Of a stretch of DNA of 49,096 nucleotides, positions 10,467-21,124 are shown one piece after another. Both the position numbers and the translations under genes were made by a program. The notes under the pieces were generated by a model. That model was not told where the DNA came from, did not search any database, and saw only the letters and a list, made by a program, of their open reading frames with translations. The stretch lies in contig JAUCBJ010008642.1 of assembly GCA_032718475.1 (NCBI GenBank), forward strand, positions 1-49,096. The letters run 5' to 3'. Position 1 is the first letter of the stretch. Each line of letters begins with the position of its first letter. Source of the DNA: Nemertoderma westbladi. Its lineage: Eukaryota > Animalia > Xenacoelomorpha.

Positions 10467-13400
10467 ATGTCTGACACACCACAAAACCTATCAGATAGTC
10501 TACTTGACATAACCATCTGTGATACAGATAGGACTGTGGAACGATTAAGAGAGGAGTTCCGTTCACCTCCTGCTAAAAGAAAGGTCACTCCTCCAGTAGT
10601 ATCAGACCCTAGGCTAATCCACCATAGGTCAATTATAGGCACTCGAGCCCAGGTCAAACGGGACCAAGAGGCAGCTGTCCTATCACAGCAACGTCTTGGT
10701 CAAGAACCTGATTCCAAGCGACACGATAGCTCCAGTAGCTCGGATACTGTAGAGCTGAATCCCGAACGTGGAGTGAAGATGGTGGATACAGCTTACTCAG
10801 ATCCTCTTCTCACTCTTCCAGCCGCAGTACTAACTATGATCTTGATTGCGGTGGAGGAACACCTAAGCGATTGGGCGAGAAATAAGCGATCGACCCAGGA
10901 TAATTATGCGGGATACGCAAGGGAAGAATTGATGTCTATTGTTGAGTCACAATGGAACTTTCCCGGACCAGGATTCCCGCTGGATTTGTCAGAAGCTACT
11001 TGGGAAGACATATACCGGATGGGAGTGGCTAAGGAGACAACGGATCCAGCTGTCTGGAAGAGGTCGGCAGCGGGGTATGTGCAGGGATTCTTCGGCTCCT
11101 TAGAGAGACTAGAAGAACAACTGTTTAGACAACCAAAAGGACCTCAAGAGCAGGAAGAGCTGCTTTATCAAGTACGCGAAAGAACTCTACGCATCAGACT
11201 GATCCTATCGGCCTTTGAGGAAACTTCCAAAAGAAAGCAGGACACGTCGCTGCAAGTTGCTGTCAAGACTTGGTTCCATCGGGTAGGTCTCAAAGTTCAA
11301 GAAACAGCCCAGTGGAAATCCCGGTTGGCGGAGCGACCCACCTACGAAGAATCAACCGATGCCACTTTTTCTCAAGTGGAAAGTGAAGTGACAGCAGAGA
11401 AACCGCGACCGAGAGACGACATTGATATCTATCTGTCAGACTATCAGAGATTCATAGGAGACGAGGAGTTGAGAAGACGGCTGGCTGGACTTTCCCCTAA
11501 TAGTGAAGGAACCAAGCATGTGTTGGACGCACTCGATACTGAAATGTTAGCCGCAAAACAAGCTGAATTTGATGAACAACTCCGCATCGCTAGAGCCCAG
11601 GAAGAACAAGTCAAGAAAAAACAGATAGAGGACCGAAAGGCAGAAGCAGCGGCAAAAGCGGCAGCGGCAATGGAAGCAGAAAGAAAGGTGACAGAAGTAG
11701 AAAGAAAGGCGGCAGAAGCAGAAAGAAAGACACAAGTGGCAGTGGCAGAGGTAGAAAGAAAAGCGGCAGAAGCAGAAAGAAAGACACAAGTGGCAGTGGC
11801 AGAGGTAGAAAGAAAAGCGGCAGAAGCAGAAAGAAAGACACAAGTGGCAGTGGCAGAGGCAGAAAGAAAAGCGGCGGAAGCCTTGGCAGAAGCAGAAAGG
11901 AGAGCATCTGACGAGATCGCCCAGCTAGCGTTGGAAAATATTCAGGAAAGTCAAGATAGTATAAATAAACGGTTAACGGATAGCCGAATGCAATTGATGA
12001 GTCGATCTACTTCCAAACGCCAAGGCTATACATCATCGGAGGAAGGAGACACCACCGACCCTGAAGGTGAAGGAAATAGATCTCGTCTAAGTAGGCGTAA
12101 AAGAATGTCCCCTCGCCAGAAATTGCCTGATTTACCTCCAGCTGTTAGAAGACAACTAACTAGCACAGTCGTAAGTGGTACCGGACCCACAGACCGAATT
12201 GTTACTGTAAGTAGACTCCCTACTATAACAGATGAACCTGAAATAATTAGGCCTGTTCTCGAAGCCACCACTTCTGTGCTAGAGACACCTGTATTCCAGG
12301 GAGCAACCTCTAAATTCCCTTTACACAGCACGAAACTATCAGTGTCTAGTAGAACAGCCCCTGAAGTGGTTCCTGTCATGGACTCCGAGCGAATGGATTG
12401 GTCGCCCGTAGTCCCTCGTCCGCCCGCCACATCGTTGGCGACTCCCGCTTCGGCGGTCGAGTGGGTGGAGGAGAGACGGAGGGGGATGGATGTCCTGCTC
12501 GGACAGATGCAAGAGACAGTCCACCAGTTCAGGGGAACTGTCAGGGAAAGTAGGTTAGAGCTGCAAGAAGTGCAGCAAAGTATCGCGCTAGAACGCGATA
12601 AATTAGTAAATGTAAAAAAGGGCATACCAACACCCCCTGTAACAATGTGTCAACCTGTTAGGCCTGAAGGATTTCATGCGCAAGGTGTGGAGCCTACACG
12701 CATCTATACTGCTAGTGAAGTAGAAACTCCTATAGCAAACCCTATTAAGGGTGATTATAAACCTGTTTGTAATGATATACCCTATAGACCTGATAATAAT
12801 CCTAGAAATTTATATACCGATAATTCGATATTAAATAACACGATGGCCCAAGAAAGCTTTACGCGTCAGATGGCTAGAACAGAAGCCCGCCAAGCGGTAA
12901 AAGTGGGAGAAATCGTCAAATTTAATGGAGATGAGATGAAATGGTTACCTTTTAATGAATATTACGAAGATAGCATACAGAATTCTGTACTATCTAGCGG
13001 AGAAAAACTGAGATTCCTCATCAAATGTTTGGAAGGACCTCCCAAGTTAATGGCGTTGAAGTTTATTGGACATCCAAGTGGATTAAGACAAGTGTGGGAT
13101 ACATTAAACACCAGGTATGGTAATAAGGATAATATCGCTAAGTATTTGTACGCAAAATTAGTAGCTCCCCGAAAATTCCTTAGTAACGAGATTATAGAGT
13201 TTTCAGATGAGATTCAAGAGATCTGCCGACAATTGGATTGGTTAGGTAAGTCGCAGGAATATCAGAGTTCTATGGTTATTGGAGCCATAGTCTCTACTTT
13301 ACCAAAAGGTGGAGTATGTACTCGCTGGGACAAGAAAGTGTTGTATATGATGGAGCAACAACGACGGAGCCCTACCATGGCTGATCTCATGTCATTCCTA

Positions 13401-15590
13401 GACGGTGAAGTCAAACTACAACTTATAAAGCAGTCCCGAGAAAAAACATCGGAAAATAAGGTAAGTGAGAAACCAGTTACTAGGAGAAGAGTAAATCCAG
13501 TATGTTATACTGACGACGGCGAAAGCCAAGCTTCTCAAGAAGAGGACAGCGGAAAAGACACTGACCACTCTTACTATGTTAATAAAAATCAGAGAGATGT
13601 AAGTAAATATAAGCCTCGAACGAATGATAGGAGAGACAAGGTTACCAAGACCCCTCCTCAGTCTCCCAACAGAATTCAGATAAGAAAGCCCGAAGAAAGA
13701 GCGAAAGTACATAACATAACCCAAGGTAAGGTGAGCAACATCAAGCCAAACTGTTTGCTGTGCGATGGGCCCCACCGTTTGAGTGCGTGTGCTGAATTTC
13801 TTAAGAAATCTCTAGTATCCAGACGAGAAGTCGTGTGGGATAAGCGGTTATGTTATAATTGTCTCAGACCAGGACACCAACGGCGAACTTGTTACTCTGA
13901 CATAAAGTGTGCAAAGTGCGGTGCGAAACATCACGTCTTGTTACACAGTGAATTCGAACGAAACCACCCGAGTCAGGTAAGTGAGCCCAAATTACATGTC
14001 CCATTCAGTGATGTGAACGACACTGACCAAGGTTCTGAGTGGGAAGGATTCTATACAGATGAATTCTCCGACGCCAACGAATCCTGTTATCTGATAAATA
14101 CCGCAGTGTATCGAGCACTTACATATGAAGAGGACACCGATACTGAGTTCCCCCTAACCACCTTTGACAAGAAACCATCTTGGAAAGCTCCAACTTCCAA
14201 CGTAGGAATACGAGAATTTCCGGTAGTACAGGTAAGAGTTCACGGTCCTAATAAAAGTTATATAGTGAACGCCCTCCTTGACTCCGGAAGTACCGGAACA
14301 TTCATCGACACAGAACTAGCCGAGGATATCTTTGCTGGACAACCCAAATTCCGAACTAAGTTAAATATGTCCGGAATTATGCAGGTTTGGAAATCTACCA
14401 TAGCAGTAGATTATTACATAGGCGCGTTGTCCACCCCACAGGATACATTAGGAGAACAAAGTATAAGGTCAGTAAAAATGGTGGCAATAAAGAACTTCGC
14501 CACTACCCAAGTGGAACCTTATAACTGGGACGAAGACGAGAGCATCCAACATTTGGAGATACCTCGATTCCCAACAGATTATCCTGGAGTGCAAATTCTC
14601 ATCGGCCAAAACGCTCATGAAGCGCTAGAAACATTGGAGAAACGACCTGCTCAACCGCAGCCATTACAAACTTATGCGGTAAGAACTAGAGTAGGTTGGT
14701 ACTTTACTGGCCCTTCCCGCAGAACTCTTGAAGAAAGATTGCCACAAGATCGGCTACTTCAAGTAAAGGATTGGGAAGAGGAGAACAGTGAGGTTGACGA
14801 ACCCACTGAGGGAATACCATACTCCTCAGACAATGACGACATATATCAACTCTTCGAGGAAGAGAACACGATCGACTTATTAACTGAAAATAAATCCTGG
14901 AACAATCAGCTAACTTTATGTCATCTGATTCACCCATCGGGACCCATGGAATACAACGATGAACTCAATGAGGAAATAGAGCGTTACAACGCTAGAATCC
15001 GGGATGAACTCGCTGTACGATTCTTTACACAAGAGTTGGTAGAACCAAATTCATACGATAAGGCTCTATCAATAGAAGAGGAAAGAGCCAAGCAAATCCA
15101 GGAGACAACTACACGTTTTCTGAAGGATCAAGGAAGATATGAAATTGGTCTACCATTTCGAAAGCGAGAACCTAGATTTATAAACAACCGACCATTAGCA
15201 GAGAAAAGAATTGCTCAATTACATCGACGCCTCACGGCAAATGCTTCAGCTAAAGAAATGTACCAAACGCAGTTGAAGAAATTTATAGATAAAGGTTATG
15301 CGGAAAGAGTACCGGAAGAAACACCCATAACCGAAAGAACATACTATCTAACGCATCATTACGTTCCCAAACCCGGTAAACCACATGAAGTAAGAGTTGT
15401 ATTCGATGGCTCCGCTCTATATATGGGTCAATCTCTCAATTCCGAGTTGTTACCAGGACCCAACTTGCTTCAATCTTTGTTGGGAATACTTCTCAGATTA
15501 AGACAATATTCCATCGCGTTCGCCTCTGATATAGAAGGCATGTTCTTACACGTTCGTGGGGCCTTCGCGCAGCACGAGGTCCAGTTATGA
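10467..15590 (+). CDS. BEL/Pao gag-pol polyprotein N-terminal part (Gag, zinc knuckles, aspartic protease, start of RT); authentic frame ends at 15550 where the insertion begins
   Basis: 1707-aa ORF with CLLCDGPHRLSAC / CYNCLRPGHQRRTC / CAKCGAKHHVLLH knuckles, LLDSGS protease site, and YYLTHH...RVVFDGS...SLNSELLPGPNL...SDIEGMF RT motifs. Confidence 0.92.
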   Translation: MSDTPQNLSDSLLDITICDTDRTVERLREEFRSPPAKRKVTPPVVSDPRLIHHRSIIGTRAQVKRDQEAAVLSQQRLGQEPDSKRHDSSSSSDTVELNPERGVKMVDTAYSDPLLTLPAAVLTMILIAVEEHLSDWARNKRSTQDNYAGYAREELMSIVESQWNFPGPGFPLDLSEATWEDIYRMGVAKETTDPAVWKRSAAGYVQGFFGSLERLEEQLFRQPKGPQEQEELLYQVRERTLRIRLILSAFEETSKRKQDTSLQVAVKTWFHRVGLKVQETAQWKSRLAERPTYEESTDATFSQVESEVTAEKPRPRDDIDIYLSDYQRFIGDEELRRRLAGLSPNSEGTKHVLDALDTEMLAAKQAEFDEQLRIARAQEEQVKKKQIEDRKAEAAAKAAAAMEAERKVTEVERKAAEAERKTQVAVAEVERKAAEAERKTQVAVAEVERKAAEAERKTQVAVAEAERKAAEALAEAERRASDEIAQLALENIQESQDSINKRLTDSRMQLMSRSTSKRQGYTSSEEGDTTDPEGEGNRSRLSRRKRMSPRQKLPDLPPAVRRQLTSTVVSGTGPTDRIVTVSRLPTITDEPEIIRPVLEATTSVLETPVFQGATSKFPLHSTKLSVSSRTAPEVVPVMDSERMDWSPVVPRPPATSLATPASAVEWVEERRRGMDVLLGQMQETVHQFRGTVRESRLELQEVQQSIALERDKLVNVKKGIPTPPVTMCQPVRPEGFHAQGVEPTRIYTASEVETPIANPIKGDYKPVCNDIPYRPDNNPRNLYTDNSILNNTMAQESFTRQMARTEARQAVKVGEIVKFNGDEMKWLPFNEYYEDSIQNSVLSSGEKLRFLIKCLEGPPKLMALKFIGHPSGLRQVWDTLNTRYGNKDNIAKYLYAKLVAPRKFLSNEIIEFSDEIQEICRQLDWLGKSQEYQSSMVIGAIVSTLPKGGVCTRWDKKVLYMMEQQRRSPTMADLMSFLDGEVKLQLIKQSREKTSENKVSEKPVTRRRVNPVCYTDDGESQASQEEDSGKDTDHSYYVNKNQRDVSKYKPRTNDRRDKVTKTPPQSPNRIQIRKPEERAKVHNITQGKVSNIKPNCLLCDGPHRLSACAEFLKKSLVSRREVVWDKRLCYNCLRPGHQRRTCYSDIKCAKCGAKHHVLLHSEFERNHPSQVSEPKLHVPFSDVNDTDQGSEWEGFYTDEFSDANESCYLINTAVYRALTYEEDTDTEFPLTTFDKKPSWKAPTSNVGIREFPVVQVRVHGPNKSYIVNALLDSGSTGTFIDTELAEDIFAGQPKFRTKLNMSGIMQVWKSTIAVDYYIGALSTPQDTLGEQSIRSVKMVAIKNFATTQVEPYNWDEDESIQHLEIPRFPTDYPGVQILIGQNAHEALETLEKRPAQPQPLQTYAVRTRVGWYFTGPSRRTLEERLPQDRLLQVKDWEEENSEVDEPTEGIPYSSDNDDIYQLFEEENTIDLLTENKSWNNQLTLCHLIHPSGPMEYNDELNEEIERYNARIRDELAVRFFTQELVEPNSYDKALSIEEERAKQIQETTTRFLKDQGRYEIGLPFRKREPRFINNRPLAEKRIAQLHRRLTANASAKEMYQTQLKKFIDKGYAERVPEETPITERTYYLTHHYVPKPGKPHEVRVVFDGSALYMGQSLNSELLPGPNLLQSLLGILLRLRQYSIAFASDIEGMFLHVRGAFAQHEVQL
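11680..11895 (+). repeat. 54-bp coding tandem repeat in gag (AEVERKAAEAERKTQVAV x3)
   Basis: Visible in both the DNA and the translation. Confidence 0.85.
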
Positions 15591-18025
15591 GATACAAATT
15601 AAAATTAAGCGACTGTATCACAAAATCAGGTTTTGAGAAATTTACCCACACCACCAATCAATCAAAGAAAGGGGGACAGTACGTGTTCACCCCTTTTAAT
15701 CCCCCCCCCCCCCCCCACCCTTCTCAACCACCAATACATAACCATGACATCTACCACCCACAGAAGGGTAGAACGAACTTATTTCCAATCACACGTTAAA
15801 TATGCAAAGCCAGGTGGTGTATATGAATATAATCAACGCCGTACTCGTCTTAATTATTATAAGCGTCGTTCAATCGTTGCGCTCGTCCAGAGTAAGTCCC
15901 CCCCCCCCCCCCCCCCCCCCCCTATCAGAAAGATTTACTCAACAAAAAATAGTGTAAATAAATAAACAACTACAAGGATAAGAGGTCATGTGTAGGAAAG
16001 CTAATCAGACGATACCTTTACTAATATATTGAGCTGCATTGATCTATACATAGTAATGTTGGGTGATGGGGGGGGGGGGGGGGGGGGGGGTGAGGGGTAG
16101 GGGGTGTCTGGGTGGGTTGTTAGTATTAGAGTGCACAATATCGACGCACGCGCAGGAATGTGTTGATGTTTAATAGCACCGCATTCCCGCGTTAGAAAGC
16201 ATCCCCAATTGGAATAAATAAATTAATTAAACGCGTTTCGTTATGTTCCTCGACTTATATTATTCTCTCCACGGACGAGATATTAGCTGCTAGACAGGTA
16301 GACCTAGTCCCCCACAACAACGGTCATACCTTCAATCAATCAATCAATTGAGCTCATATGAGCTCGTATATTAGTTTTATTTATAAATTGAAATCTCACG
16401 AATTAATAGGCCTATTAGCTGATTAGTGAACTATCATATGTTAGACCATATATATATATTATATATTGGACCTTATCAAAATAGCGGTTGTACTGGGGCG
16501 GTATATGTTGTTCTCTAACCCACTGCAAGCGCATTTGAGGGGCCGGTATGTTTTAATAACTTCTGGTACAACGGGATGCAGTATTACAGCGCCAAGTAGA
16601 TTTAATCTGATCAGAATATTCCGGACGCTAAGTTCATGTCATTCCCGATAAGTCGGGACTTTACAAAACTCGTGGATAAAACCGCGTGTAGCAGAGAGCA
16701 GATAAATTGGGTTGAATTGCAAAACAGAATAATATGGAACTGTAAGTGGAACTGCGGCGATTTGGGTTTTTTTGTTATGGTGAATAGTCAGCCTGTCCGC
16801 GATATGTTCAGCTGCCCTTTTTAATGGGTTGCAGGTACAAATGAAATACACATTGCAGTTACTAAAATAAAAGTGGCGCATATTATTGTACATTTACAAC
16901 AACAATTATATAAATGCAATATGCCTGATCCCTATTAATGTACTTTGTACCGCCAATTCTGTAATTCAATAACGCAAAGCCGCGTTTACTGTACAGCAGC
17001 ACGTAATATATTTGATACTTATTATACTAACTAAACTAACAAACCGCAAGGCCTACTTACCGAAATAAATTAACTTTCAGTTAAATACAATATACTTGTT
17101 TGCTCTGTAAAAATTTTAATTAAAAACAATCCTGCCATTTAATATACCTAATTAGCATGGTTGCGTAAGCAGTATGAATTGGAATGAAATTGTGAAATAA
17201 TTTATTTAAACTATTATGTACATTTAGATTAAATAATAATACAGTAAGTTGGCCTACAGAAATAAACATTGATATTCGGAACAGTAAAACAATTATTTAT
17301 TTCATTCATTCAACTAACCAGAGAGACTCATAGCTCCAGTGAATATTAACATCCCGACGTTACTTTAGTAATAATATTAATGTCATTGAACCCGATACAC
17401 ACACACCTCCAATCAGCCAGTTCAATGGAGAGTGAGTGAATGGATGGCTACTAGCAGCAGCAGCAGTCTGCCTCTTACAAGCAAGGCTGACTGAATACCT
17501 CAAGTGTTGCTGGGAATCAAGCCAACTTGGATGTTAACCAATAAATGAGCAGTATTTAATGAGAATACATTTTTTATGCCGGTTTAATTACTTTAGATCA
17601 ATTAAAGACACGATTATTAAAGCAAATCACTTGAACTAATTAAAAACTATAATAGAATGGAGTATGCGGATTACATCTGTATATTTTTTAAGTATAATTA
17701 TTGAAGTCTTATACTGTAAAACAATTAATTTCCTTTAAAAGGCAGGTTGAAAATGGTGTTTTTACCGTAATCAACTTAATTAACTAATTAACTGCTATTA
17801 TCTTAGCTTCTCGAAGGCCACACGGAAATTCTACTTGGAAAATTTCTAAACTTTTGCCATACAACATGTGTACCAAGTTTGGATAGATTTCATCAAAGAT
17901 TGGCCGAGTTATTAACGTTTAAAATTGAACACGACAGAACGACAGAACGACAGAACGACAGAACGACAGGTTGATTAATGGTACCACTGACGCTAAGGCT
18001 CACTCACTTCGTGGCTCGCCCCACA
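15551..18025 (-). mobile_element. 2.5-kb non-coding insertion, Helentron/DINE-1-like non-autonomous element
   Basis: Removing it restores TTA-CAG-GTC-AAG (L-Q-V-K-ALDRDRDSLRFLWW) in frame. It has short inverted ends GTGGGGC/GCCCCAC, ACA on both flanks, a terminal GAA-loop hairpin, a (GACAGAAC)n microsatellite, and an AAACTTGGTACACATG core on the minus strand. The family assignment is inference. Confidence 0.75.
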
Positions 18026-18923
18026 GGTCAAGGCGCTAGACAGAGATAGAGACAGTCTAAGGTTTCTATGGTGGCCTGAAGGCGACCTCGAACAGAAACC
18101 AGTGGAGTACTGGATGACCATCCAGGCCTTTGGGATCATATCCAGTCCTTCGAACGCCTGCTCCGTAGTGCGAACTACTGCAGATGACAACAGAGACGCC
18201 TTCTCCAAAGAGGTGATTGATAACATCAAAAAGGACATCTATATGGACGACAATTTAAAGTCCCTTCCATCGGTAAAAGAAGCCATTGATGTCGCAAAGG
18301 GAACGATAGAGTGTTTGAAAAGAGGTGGATTTCGACTGACGAAATTCACTAGCAACTCCCGTGAGTTTCTGGAAGCGATACCAGTAGAAGACCGAGGAAC
18401 AAAAGACCTCGACCTAATAAAAGATGATCTTCCAGAAACCAAGACACTTGGCTAAAAATGCGACACAGAGAAGGATATCCTGTTTTTTCAGCTAAAACAG
18501 CGAGAGAATCCAGTTCGGACCAAACGGATTTGTTTAAGTATTTTGAGCACCTATTTCGACCCATTGGGATTTATTAGCCCAGTTATATTGATTGCTCGGA
18601 GTTTAGTACAACAAATGTGGCTTGAAAACCACTCATGGGACGATCCACTTACGGGAGAACTGTTGAAGAAATGGATGAAATGGGAAGATTCTCTACCCGC
18701 CATCGAGGGTTTTCTAATTCCCCATTCATATTTTGGCCATGTTCTCCCTACGTATTCCTATCAACTCCATGTGTTTGGAGATGCTAGCGATATGGGAATA
18801 GGAATAGTAGCATACCTTAGAGTCGAAACCCCGGATGGAATCAAAGTCGCCTTGGTTACCTCTAAGGCATTGATTAACAATAAGTTGAAGGTTCCTCGAG
18901 CGGAGTTAAAAGCGGCTCTCTAG
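18026..18923 (+). pseudogene. BEL/Pao pol continuation: RT core and RNase H, with in-frame stop at 18453-18455 and 1-bp frameshift at ~18921
   Basis: LRFLWW, YMDD catalytic motif, GGFRLTKFTSN, FDPLGFISP, HVFGDAS, PRAELKAA. Confidence 0.9.
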
Positions 18924-18997
18924 CTACTGCCATCGGACGTAATGTCACAGAACAGATCGATTATCCACTGGAGAAAACTGTTTATTGGACCGATGCT

Positions 18998-21124
18998 TTG
19001 CTCGTGTTGGAGTATATAACCAATGAAGTCTGTCAGTTCAGCGTCTTTGTTACCAACAGAGTGGCCATTATCCTTAGTCGAACAACGATAGATCAATGGA
19101 GACATTGCCCTGGTACGATTAATCCAGCCGACATCGCATCCAGAGGAGCAACTCCACAGGAGCTGATAGATACTCCCGACTGGTTGGGTGGACCCGACTT
19201 CTTGAGCAAAGAAGAAGATGAATGGCCTCCTCACCTTACTACAGCGGAGATCAGACAGGCCAAGGGAGCGGAAAAGGTAAAACCTAAAACCCGAGCGAGC
19301 AAATCGAAACTATTTAAACCGACAATCGATCTATCTGTATTACATGCTTCCGGAAACGATGCTTCGGATCTACCATCCCTCGTCACAAACAAATCTGTTG
19401 TTGAAATTAAGAATAGAGATTGGAAATCTGGAATACCAGACGTCTCGCAAGGAATCTCACCTCTGATACAGAGAGCAATACATCATTACAGTTCCTGGAA
19501 TCGGCTCTGTAAGGCCGTCGCCTATTTAAAGCGGTTTTTTCATCATCGATATTCCAGGACGAAGACCACTGATGAGACTGCTCCATTAACATCAGCCCAG
19601 GTTCATGTCATTAAAGACCTACCAAAATATAAAATACCCGAGAGGTTTCTAAAAGAAAAGATCACTTACCAGGAGCATGACGAAGCCAATAAACAGCTAC
19701 TGCGACTCCTGCAATGCTACGAGGATTCCGATAAGTATTTCCTGTTGTTAAGAAATCCACAGATGCGCTTAAGGGATCGCTTCTCGAGCACCATGATAGA
19801 TGGGTTAATACGTGTTGGAGGAAGATTGACCAATGCGCCAATATCCTTTGACACTAAATTACCCATACTCATTAGAAATCTTGAAGTACAAATCAAGATG
19901 ATTGTAGATGTTCACAGTAAACTGTATCATGCTGGTAGAGAACGAGTTCTTAGCGAAATTCGAACTCGCTATTATTTCTATAAACCCCGTAGAGCTCTGA
20001 ACCAAATTCTTAGGAATTGCATACCTTGTAGGAAAGCATTCAGTAGGCCTTTAACTCAGCGAGAGGCAGAATTACCTAGGGAACGAGTAAGCTTCTATGA
20101 ACCACCCTTCACTAATACTGGTGTGGATTTATTTGGCCCTATTGAAGTATATCGTGCTAGGACTATAGTCAAGAGATGGTGTGTCATCTTCGTATGTATG
20201 ACTTGTAGAGCCATCCATCTTGATATGGTGAACGATCTATCTACTAACAGTTTTGTCTTAAGTTTACGACGACAGATCGCTCGCTTCGGAACTAGTAATA
20301 CCATGCGATCGGACAAAGGAACGAACTTCATTGGTGCCAACAACGAAATCCAAGCTTACATGAGGGACTGGAACCAGAGACAGGTGGACGATCAGCTAAG
20401 AATAACTGCATCTAGCTGGACCTTCAACGCCGCCGACGCCCCCTGGTGGGGAGGAAGTTGGGAGAGATTAATCCGAAGTGTTAAGACCGCATTTCACTTT
20501 ATAGTGCCGTGTCGTGCGTATCTCACCGATGAACTTTTGCGGACGTTAATGGAGGAAATAGCTGCCTATCTCAATGAGAGACCGCTCATGCCAGTCTCCT
20601 CGAGTCCCGATTCCCTGGAAGCGCTAACACCAGCGCACTTCCTACTAAAGAAACCTGTAGCCATGCTCCCACGACCCGAGATTGCCGACGGAGACGAATA
20701 TTGCCGTCGAACTTGGCAACTTATACAATTGCTATCCCGTCGTTTCGCTGACCATTTTGAGAAGCATTATCTGCCCACGCTACAACTTCGAACTAAGTGG
20801 TTTGCGCAGCAGGAGAATGTCAGCGCCGGAGACATGGTGCTTATTGTGGATCCCGACCTCCCACGTAAGCGTTGGCAGACAGGTCGCATCATCGAGACAC
20901 ATGTCTCAAATGATGGTTTGGTGCGCTCGGTAGAACTCGTCGTCATGCGGCGTAACTTCAAAAAACCGGGTATAATCTTTGAGACGCAACAACTCAATCG
21001 CCCAGTCGGTCGTTTATGTTTGCTGGAACGAGATCGGGAACTCTCCGGAAACTATGGAAGACAAGAAACCCTTCCCACGACCACTTCCCTAATTCCTCAA
21101 ACATCTAGGGACTCCCCGCCGTAA
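18998..21124 (+). CDS. BEL/Pao pol C-terminal part: RNase H end, linker and DDE integrase (frameshifted continuation of gag-pol)
   Basis: FVTNRV, WRHCPGTINPADIASRG, HSKLYH...CIPC zinc finger, VDLFGP, SDKGTNF, PWWGGSWERL, LTPAHFL, LRTKW, DGLVRSV, RPVGRL. Confidence 0.92.
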   Translation: MLVLEYITNEVCQFSVFVTNRVAIILSRTTIDQWRHCPGTINPADIASRGATPQELIDTPDWLGGPDFLSKEEDEWPPHLTTAEIRQAKGAEKVKPKTRASKSKLFKPTIDLSVLHASGNDASDLPSLVTNKSVVEIKNRDWKSGIPDVSQGISPLIQRAIHHYSSWNRLCKAVAYLKRFFHHRYSRTKTTDETAPLTSAQVHVIKDLPKYKIPERFLKEKITYQEHDEANKQLLRLLQCYEDSDKYFLLLRNPQMRLRDRFSSTMIDGLIRVGGRLTNAPISFDTKLPILIRNLEVQIKMIVDVHSKLYHAGRERVLSEIRTRYYFYKPRRALNQILRNCIPCRKAFSRPLTQREAELPRERVSFYEPPFTNTGVDLFGPIEVYRARTIVKRWCVIFVCMTCRAIHLDMVNDLSTNSFVLSLRRQIARFGTSNTMRSDKGTNFIGANNEIQAYMRDWNQRQVDDQLRITASSWTFNAADAPWWGGSWERLIRSVKTAFHFIVPCRAYLTDELLRTLMEEIAAYLNERPLMPVSSSPDSLEALTPAHFLLKKPVAMLPRPEIADGDEYCRRTWQLIQLLSRRFADHFEKHYLPTLQLRTKWFAQQENVSAGDMVLIVDPDLPRKRWQTGRIIETHVSNDGLVRSVELVVMRRNFKKPGIIFETQQLNRPVGRLCLLERDRELSGNYGRQETLPTTTSLIPQTSRDSPP

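Noticed and set aside
11547-12625. Antisense ORFs (11547-11843, 11611-11907, 12026-12625, and 31757-32150)
   Set aside because: Shadow frames of the low-complexity gag repeat and the coding strand.
15587-16893. Protein-coding genes or transposase in the 2.5-kb insertion
   Set aside because: Only short ORFs driven by poly-C tracts; no Rep/helicase or DDE motifs.
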